The position numbers and the translations under genes are program-made. A DNA stretch of 64,000 nt, from assembly GCA_025594325.1 (NCBI GenBank), contig JANHCV010000002.1, forward strand, positions 1,798,001-1,862,000, given 5' to 3'. The stretch comes from Blastocladiella emersonii ATCC 22665. Taxonomy: Eukaryota; Fungi; Blastocladiomycota. The notes below the pieces were generated by a model. It was not told where the DNA came from and did not search any database. It saw only the letters and a program-made list of their open reading frames with translations. Shown piece by piece: positions 56,285 to 64,000 of the stretch. Numbering within the stretch: the stretch's first letter is position 1; the number at the start of each line of letters is the position of its first letter.

Positions 56285-58069
56285 ATGGAGTCTTCCACTG
56301 CTCCTGCCGCCCCCGCCGACGCCGACGCGCAGCCGCCGCCCGCCCCGAGCACCTCTGCGGCCAAGCCGCCCGCCGCGCTGACCATCAAGGTCCCAACCAA
56401 CGCCGACCTGGCCCTCGCTGCCGCGTCCGCTGCCGCTCCTCTACCGAGCAGCAGCGGCGGCGGAGTCACGCCCGCCGAGGCCGCCGCTGCCGCCGCCATC
56501 GCGTCGCTGCACTCTCCGCGCGCGCGCGTCGTGGCCGGCACCACGTCCACCGCGTCTGCAGCGACGACGGCCGCGAGCCGCGCGGTCGGCACGGGGACGC
56601 GCCCGGGTGGCGCAGCCTACGAGCGCCGCCGCCACTTCTCGGCCCCGTACGCCGGCTACCACCCGTACCGCTACTACCCGACCCCAGGTGTCGCATCTGG
56701 CCCGCAGGCGCCCGCTTTCCCGCCCGCCTACTACGCGCCGGGAGTCGCGTTCCAACCGCATCAGCTGGCGCCCATGTCGCCGATTGGCGAGCACGCGCCA
56801 CCGCCGCCCACTGCGGCCACGGTGGGAGCGTATCCGTACCCGTACGGTCCTTTCTCGCCGACTACTGCGGCTCCGCCGTCGTCGTCGCGCCCGACCTTGC
56901 GCTCGTCGGATCTCGGCATCGCGCGCCCCCACCACACGGCCACCACGCCGTTCGTCGCGCTGCTCGCCGAGACCTCGGCCGAGGACATCCACGCCGCGCG
57001 TGTTCTGGCCGCCATGCAGCCCACGGCCGCTGCGCGCCGCGCTTCGGTCGCGGGGACCACGCCGTCGGCGTCGTCGCGGCACCATCACCACCACCACACG
57101 CGCAGCGCGTTGTCGGATCTCGCCGAGATTGCTTCCTCGGCGTCCGCCGCGCACTCGCCGGCTAGCTCGACGGTGACCGTTCCGGCTGCGGTTGCTGCGC
57201 CGGCTGCTGAGCCCGAGTCCGCCCCGACCACCTCGGCGCCGGCCGTGCCAGTCCCGCCGCGCCCGTACTCGCCCTACTACCCGCACCACCCCATGGTCCA
57301 CCACCCGGGCTACTACGGGTACCCGGCCCACCCGCCACCGCAGCACCACTACCCCGCTGCTGCCGCTGCCGCCGCGTACGGCTACCCATTGCCGCCGCAC
57401 GCGCACCCGCACGCGCACGCGTTGCCGTACGGGTACCCGGTGCAGTACCACGCGCACCCGCACCACCACCCGCCGTGCGGCGGCCCGTGCTGCCTCGCCG
57501 TCCTCACCACGCACCCGCACGCGCCACCGACGCCCGCGTCGCTCCTGTCGCCGACGTCCGCGACCTACGACCACCACGCCCCCGCTTCGGCCGCTGGCCC
57601 GGCCCCGCCGTCCCCGCCGCGCTCGCCCGCGGTCCACGGACCCGCCGCCATGCTCGACGAGCTGACCAACCTGGCCCGCAGCGTCGGGTACGCGCACGAC
57701 CCGACCGTCGCCAAGGGGCTCGCGCGCATGCGCCAGCACGTCGACGGGCCCAAGGGCGCGACGGCCACGCCCGCGTTCGCGGCCGACTACACGTGGCTCA
57801 AAAAGTGTCTCATGCTCAAGCTCCTGCACGGCGGCGGCGCGGAAGAGGAGGAGGGGGAGGCGCCCGAGGTCGCGTCGACGACGACGTCTGCGAGCTCAAC
57901 TGCGCTGGCCGAGACGGCGAGTGGCAAGTCCGCGGCGGCGGCGGGGCCCGCGGGTGTCAAGGATATTACGCCGCCGGCCGAGGAGGACACGGCCAAGACG
58001 GCTGCTGCCTCTGTGGCGACGGGCGAGGTTACGACGACGACGGCCGCGACGGCCGCGCCGCGCTCCTGA
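56285..58069 (+). CDS. Hypothetical disordered Pro/Ala/Tyr/His-rich protein (594 aa)
   Basis: Long ORF with coding codon bias and a small helical C-terminal segment (MLDELTNLARSVG...DYTWLKKCLMLKLL). No domain recognised. Confidence 0.55.
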   Translation: MESSTAPAAPADADAQPPPAPSTSAAKPPAALTIKVPTNADLALAAASAAAPLPSSSGGGVTPAEAAAAAAIASLHSPRARVVAGTTSTASAATTAASRAVGTGTRPGGAAYERRRHFSAPYAGYHPYRYYPTPGVASGPQAPAFPPAYYAPGVAFQPHQLAPMSPIGEHAPPPPTAATVGAYPYPYGPFSPTTAAPPSSSRPTLRSSDLGIARPHHTATTPFVALLAETSAEDIHAARVLAAMQPTAAARRASVAGTTPSASSRHHHHHHTRSALSDLAEIASSASAAHSPASSTVTVPAAVAAPAAEPESAPTTSAPAVPVPPRPYSPYYPHHPMVHHPGYYGYPAHPPPQHHYPAAAAAAAYGYPLPPHAHPHAHALPYGYPVQYHAHPHHHPPCGGPCCLAVLTTHPHAPPTPASLLSPTSATYDHHAPASAAGPAPPSPPRSPAVHGPAAMLDELTNLARSVGYAHDPTVAKGLARMRQHVDGPKGATATPAFAADYTWLKKCLMLKLLHGGGAEEEEGEAPEVASTTTSASSTALAETASGKSAAAAGPAGVKDITPPAEEDTAKTAAASVATGEVTTTTAATAAPRS

Positions 58070-58292
58070 GGGCGGCCACGCTTGGCCGCGGCCGCGACGG
58101 CGACAACACTCGCACTCTGTATACTTCTCCCCCCTCTATCCAACTCGCACGGTCATGTACCCCTCCCTCCTCGCAGCAGACACGCCCCTTTCCCATGTAT
58201 CGATCATACACTGCACTACGATTCCACACGACCCGTGCTCCGCGACACGCAACGGATCAACGCCACGGAACATCAGGACTTGCTGCAACGTT

Positions 58293-59063
58293 ATGAGCGT
58301 CACGGTGCACACGGATCTCGGGGATATCAAGGTGAGACTGCGCAGATGTGAGTGGGCGGTGGGATGGAAGCTGATGAACGACACGGTTGCGACGACCCGC
58401 GGTAGATTGAGGTGTTCTGCGAGGCGACGCCAAGGGCCGCCGAGAACTTTCTCGCTTTGTGCGCGTCGGGATACTACGACGGGTGTCTGTGGTACGTCCG
58501 CGTCGCCCCATCGTCGTAGAGCCAGCGCGAACTGACGCTCGCGAGCGCAGGCACCGCAACATCAAGGACTTCATGGTGCAGACGGGCGACCCGACGGGCA
58601 AGGGCAAGGGCGGCGCGAGCATCTACACGGACGGCAAGGACGGCAAGTTCTTTGACGACGAGATCCGGACAACGCTCAAGGTACGACGACGCGTTCGCGC
58701 GTCGATGCAGGCGCGGTTGCTGACCCGCTCGACGATGGTGTAGCACAACGCGCGCGGGATCGTGTCCATGGCCAACTCGGGGCCCAACACCAACGGGTCG
58801 CAGTGGTTCATCACGTACAGCAAGCAGCCGCACCTCGACGCCAAGTACACGGTGTTTGCCAAGTACGCTGCGCCCGTACCCCTGCCCCCTCGCTCCTTGC
58901 TGACTCTAACGTGTTGTCTAGGGTGATTGACGGGTGGGACACGCTCGACGAGCTCGAGAAGCTGCCGGTCGACGCCAAGCACCGGCCGACCAAGGAGGTG
59001 CGGATCCGCAGCGTCACGGTGCACGCCAACCCGATCGCCGAGGCGCAGCTGCTGGCCGCCTAG
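58293..59063 (+). CDS. PPIL3: Cyclophilin-type peptidyl-prolyl isomerase, PPIL3/Cyp10 subfamily, five exons
   Basis: [70 protein letters not shown] and VTVHANP. Confidence 0.92.
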
Positions 59064-59352
59064 AAGACATATATATATAGCGCTTCACTCATTACTCGGT
59101 GACCCGACGACGGCCGTCATCAGGTGGGAAATTCGGTCACACGAGCGCGACCGAAGCAGCGGTCAGCGATGGATGGCGCGACCGCGGTCAGCCGACGCGC
59201 AAGCCGACCGGGTTGGGGAACCCGGACTTCGTCCTGGACTTCGTCCCTGCCCTCCCTCTCCTCCCTCCCGTTCCCCTTGCAACGTATATAAGAGAGGACT
59301 GCAGCGCGGTTTCCTTCTCGCCGCAACGTATTGCACACACCCCCACCCCGCC

Positions 59353-61589
59353 ATGTCACGCACCTCGCCCGCCCCGGGCACCACCACGGGTCCCGCGCCG
59401 CTGGTCCGCCGCACCAGCAACAACAACGGCGGCGCCGTCGCCGTCAACATCGGCAGCAGTGGCGCGGACCTCGAGGACGGCGTCGGCCTGCTCAACAACT
59501 CGCCCGTGCTTGAGGAGCGCCGCTCCGCGTCGCGCATCCAGTTTGTGCGCCGCGTCGCCGTCGTGGCCGGAGCCGCCGTCGTCATCTCGCGTACGCACAC
59601 GGGATGTTGTTACTGCGGAAGGGATGTCTCGCTGACATGAGCGGTTTCCGCACTCGCGCGCGCGTAGTCTCGCTTGTCGCCCTGACCACCGTCTTCCTGC
59701 CGGCGGTCCGCGGCGCGCCCATCCCGGCGACCGGCGAGCCGCGCATCTACGAGCGCGCCGCGGTCGCGTCCGAGGTCCCCGTGTGCTCCTCGATCGGAAA
59801 GGACCTGCTCAAGGCCGGCGGGTCGGCTGTCGACGCGGCCATTGGCACCGCGCTGTGGTACGCTCTTGCGCTCTCGCGCTCCCGCGTTCGCGGCCCACTC
59901 ACCGCACCTCATCTCTAGCGTCGGCTCCATTCACAGCTTCGCGTCGGGCATCGGCGGCGGCGGGTTCATGCTCGTCCGCGCCTCGAACGGGTCGGCGCAG
60001 GTGATCGACTTCCGCGAGGTGGCTCCGCGGGGCATCTCCGAGTCGCTGTTCGCGGGCGACAACAAGCGCGCGCAGATCGGCGGCCTGGCCGTCGGCGTGC
60101 CCGGCGAGCTGCGCGGGTTCGAGGCCGCGCACCGCGCGTACGGCAAGCTCGCGTGGGCCGACGTGATTGCCCCCGTCGCGGCGCTCAACGAGGGCGGGTT
60201 CCGCGTCAACGAGGTCCTGGCCGGCCGGCTCGCGAGCAACCGCGACTGGATCCTCGCGTCGCCCGCGTGGCGCGACGTGTTTGCGCCGTCGGGGACCCTG
60301 GTGGTCGCCGGCGACGTGGTCAAGCGCACGGCGCTCGCCAAGACGCTGCGCGCGGTCGCCAAGGAGGGCGCGCGCGCCTTCTACGAGGGCCCGATCGCGA
60401 AAGCGCTCGTCGAGGCCGCGCAGGCCGAGCGCGGGGTCATTTCCGAGGCCGATTTCGCCGGGTACACGCCCGAGCTCCGCCAGCCCGCGACCGCGTGGTA
60501 CAAGGGCCGCAAGATCATGTCGGCCGGCGCCCCCGCCTCGGGCCACGTCCTCATCTACATGCTCAACATCCTCGAACGGTACTCGTTCCGCGAGGGGCCA
60601 AACGCGCTCGACTACCACCGTATCGTCGAGGCGATGCGGTTTGGGTTCGCGCGTCGGTCTGAGCTCGGCGATCCTGCTTTCGTACGTTGATTTTGGGGTT
60701 TCTGTGGTGCGAAATGGGCTAACGGACGGATGGCGTGTAGCTCGAGCTCCGCGAGCGCCTCGGCCAGATCATCTCCAAGGAGGAAGCCGCCGCTGCGCGC
60801 CGCAACATCTCGGACGTACGCCGCTCCCACATTCACGTCCTCCGCCCAACCCCAATCTCACGCGCGCGGTTCCGCACGTAGACCACGTCGTTCCCGCCGT
60901 CGCACTACGCGCCCAAGTACGAGAACGCGCCATCGCACGGGACCACGCACATTTCGGTGGTCGACGCGTCGGGCATGGCCGTGGCCGTGACCACGACCGT
61001 GAACCTCATCTTCGGGTCGCGCATCCTCGAGCCGTCGACGGGCGTCATCCTCAACAACCAGATGGACGATTTCTCGTACCGCAACTTTACCAACTTCTTC
61101 GGGCTCCCGCCGTCGCCGTCCAACTATGTCGGTGCGTTCGGGTCCGCGGTCTGCTGTGTGCGGGGACAAGTGCTGATCTCGTCCTCGCGTGTATTTGTAG
61201 CCCCGCTCAAGCGGCCCATGTCCTCGACCTCGCCGACGATCGTCGAGCAGGACGGCGCGCTCGCGCTCGTAGTCGGCGGGTCGGGCGGCTCGCGCATCAT
61301 CTCGTCCGTGTTCCAGACCATCGTCAACTTCATCGACTTCGAGTGGCCCGTGACGCGCGCCGTGGTCGCGCCGCGCCTGCACGACCAGCTGTTCCCGGAC
61401 CTGCTCGAGGTCGAGGAGGGCTTCCCCGAAGTCGTCGCGCGCGACCTCGAGCTCAACAAGCACCACAAGCTCAAGCGGCTTCCCACGGGCACCCACGAGT
61501 CGGTCGTTCAGGCCATTGCGCGGACCGCTGACGGAAAGCTCGAGGCGGTCGCGGATTACCGCAAGGGCGGCGAGCCCGACGGGTACTGA
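59353..61589 (+). CDS. ECM38: Gamma-glutamyltranspeptidase (type II membrane), multi-exon
   Basis: GGSAVDAAIGTALC, SGIGGGGFMLVR, IDFREVAP, VGVPGELRG, catalytic GTTHISVVD, ILNNQMDDF and GGSGGSRIISS. Confidence 0.92.
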
Positions 61590-61774
61590 GCTTGGGGGGC
61601 GGGCAAGTTTTGTTCACGTTGCCCGGACGGGCGCGTCGCGCCACCTCCTTCCTCTCTTTCCCTCTCTACCTTGCACGATCCACATGAATATGAAATGAAC
61701 CACTCGCCGCAATGTATTGGAATGCCACCCGTCTAAGTTGTCAGTCGGTCAGTTGAGAGTTGCTGGTCGCGCGC

Positions 61775-63300
61775 TCACCACGCGGTGCGGACGTGGCCCT
61801 GCGACGCCGTGCCGCGCGACGACACCGAGTCCATGCGCGATGGCGGCTGCCCCGGCGCCGCGCCTGTGTACGCGCTCGCGGTCGTGCCAGCGCTGCTGTA
61901 TACGTTGTACGCGGTGGGCGCCGGCCGTGGGTACTGCTGCTGCGCGGGCTCGTACCGCTGCGGCTGCTGGCTGTACTGCTGTGGCCAGTACTGCTGCTCC
62001 CTTGCGTCGCCAGCCTCGGCCATGGGCGGCGGGTACTGCCACACGAGCGGCGCGGGCGTAGGCTCTGGCAGCGCGGCCGGTTGTGGCGGCATCGGGACCA
62101 TGCCGTTGTACGTGGCGAGCGTCGACGTGGGCCCGTGGAACGTCTCGAGCTCCTTGTCCTCGGCGGCCGACCGCGGCTGCAGGTAGTAGTCGAGCGGGCT
62201 CACGGCGGACGCGGGCGACACGATGGTCGTGGTGTGGTGCGTCGAGTGCTTGCGCGAACCGGATGCCCCGCCGCCGGCGCCGCCGTGACCGCCCGTGTGG
62301 TTGGACGACGAGCGTTGCAGCAGCGCGCGGGTTTGCGGGATCGCGTGTCGGAAGAAGGTGTACGACTCGACTACGGCGACGGGAGGTGCGGATCAGTACT
62401 CGTACCTCGAGTGAGAGAGATGGTACACGTACGGCACGGCGCGAATCGGTTGAGCGTGATCGCGATGAACGGGATCGTCGGGTCCGTGGGCATGATCTGT
62501 GCCCAGACGAGGAACACGAGGTACGCGACGTCGCACACGATCGCGGGCAGGTACGGCGTGAGGGCCTCGACGTGGTCGCGCCACCCGACGCGGTCCTTGA
62601 TCCCGCGCACGATGATGGCGTGGAACAGCGCGTCGATGGTCAGGTTCGCCACAAACGCCGACGCAAACGCGATCCCGGACACGATTCGCTCCAGATCGCG
62701 CGCGTCCAGCAGGTCCGCCGGGTACTGCCGCTTGCGCCGCTGCTCGACGTACTTGACCTCGAGCAGCCGCACGCGTGTGATCGCGACTGCGCTGATGCCC
62801 AGCAGCACCCAGATCACCGCCGTGAGGATTGGGAACGCGAGCGACGGCCGGCGGCCTGGGAGCGCGTTCTGTGCGCCGGCCGCGCGGTGGCGGCGCGAGG
62901 AGGAGGACGGCTTGGCGGATGGCGACGCCGTCTCGGCCGTGTGCGAGTACACGATGCTGACGCGGTACGACCGGCACGCCGTGACGAGGGCGAACCCGAC
63001 GCGCAGGAACCAGTCACCCGCGAGCGAGACGTAGGACGAGTTGGCGAACAGCGTGTTCTTGGAGAAGTAGGCGAGGATGTACACGATCTCGACGAAGGGC
63101 GTCGGCAGCAGGACCACGCAGCCGATGGCGCTCGCGAGCCAGAACCGCGACCGCGCGCCGAGGAAGCCGCGCACGCACAGCATCACGCAGATGGCGAGCA
63201 GGACCACGCCCAGCGCGTGCATCAGCAGACCGACAAAGTAGGCCACGTCGCGGATCTCGGTCCACTTGATGGCGAACGTGACGCCGCCGCTGCTGCTCAT
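61775..63300 (-). CDS. Predicted 7-TM, GPCR-like membrane protein with a Pro/Gln/Tyr-rich tail (about 487 aa); intron 62432-62371
   Basis: Seven hydrophobic segments, CRSYRV after TM3, and an in-frame splice into LESYTFFRHAIP followed by a long hydrophilic tail. Confidence 0.65.
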
Positions 63301-64000
63301 GGTGGTGGCGATGGGGAGGGCAGGGGGCGAGGCGGGGGTTGTCGATGGGTGCGAGGCGTGAGGCGAGAGGAGAGCGGGGGATCAGGGACGGCGATCACAG
63401 TGCAGGGAGAGAGAGAGAACCCGCGCAGGACCTTGTCGCGCACACACATCGCCGTCGTTCGTCGCGTCGCGTCCCCAACACGTTTGTGCTGCGCGTCCGC
63501 GGCCAAGCGGCGGCGCCAGGTCCCCGCAGCGTGACGACAGCGGCGTCGGCGGGATGCGGAGCGGCTGCAGGTGCTGAAACCGGCGGCCGAGCCAGTGGTT
63601 TGGAGCCGGGTGAACCGCCGCCCGCCGGATGGGCCGACGCTCACTCGATGCTGTGGCGGATGCGGGGGCAAACGTTCGCGCCACGATAGCCTTATGGCGC
63701 CGATGGCGCAACGCGGTCCGCGTGGGGCACAGTGTTCGAGAAGCGTGTGGCGCCTTAGGGTTGTGATCGAAGCCGTGATGGGCGCAAGCGTGACCACTGA
63801 AGTGAAAATGCGCGCGCTGACCACCGCTTGTGACATCAATGAGGGGTCTACGTCGTGGAAATGGACGTCTATACAGCTGTATGAACCAAGAGTGCTGCGC
63901 AAGACGCGATCTAAGGCTTGGACTCATCGTCGCCCAGCTTCGGGTGAGCTGCCGCGGCCCCGGCCGCGCTTTCGATAGCAATGATCACGTCGGCCGCCGG

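Noticed and set aside
1-64000. Hundreds of long overlapping ORFs rich in Arg/Ala/Pro, e.g. 10451-11491, 41287-42954, 51328-53736
   Set aside because: These are shadow frames of real genes caused by high GC and stop-codon scarcity; they have no motifs and lie antisense or out of frame to supported genes.
1-64000. tRNA or rRNA genes
   Set aside because: No cloverleaf with A/B boxes or conserved rRNA segments were recognised by eye; tRNAscan-SE or Infernal would be needed to exclude them.

Overview
This is GC-rich, gene-dense eukaryotic DNA with short (about 60-72 nt) GT-AG spliceosomal introns, so most genes had to be rebuilt by hand from several ORFs in the track. The gene content suggests an early-diverging, probably zoosporic fungus such as a Blastocladiomycota-like lineage; this is inference, based on ERMES Mdm12, a GPI-type NodB/chitin-deacetylase-fold protein, B12-dependent methylmalonyl-CoA mutase, a CHASE hybrid histidine-kinase-like gene and a chromoviral Ty3/Gypsy element. 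Housekeeping genes: pyridoxal kinase, DTWD1, MDM12, MUT, an ABCC transporter, PPIL3 cyclophilin, gamma-glutamyltranspeptidase and a Sel1-repeat protein. Accessory content: a tandem F-box-like family (2 copies plus a fragment), a mitochondrial PPR-like family in two clusters (intact, pseudogenised and miniature copies), and a complete but decayed 5.67-kb chromovirus with LTRs, a 5-bp TSD and a strong CpG-transition signature. The most striking stretch is 7-21.5 kb, where four recognisable folds have lost their catalytic motifs: a CHASE-PAS pseudo-histidine kinase with an intact receiver, a multi-pass membrane protein fused to a fully degenerate heterotrimeric G-alpha domain (top candidate for an undescribed system), a Cfr/RlmN-like radical SAM protein lacking both catalytic cysteines, and a chitin-deacetylase fold lacking its metal and catalytic residues. 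All family assignments come from motifs recognised by eye; no database searches were run.
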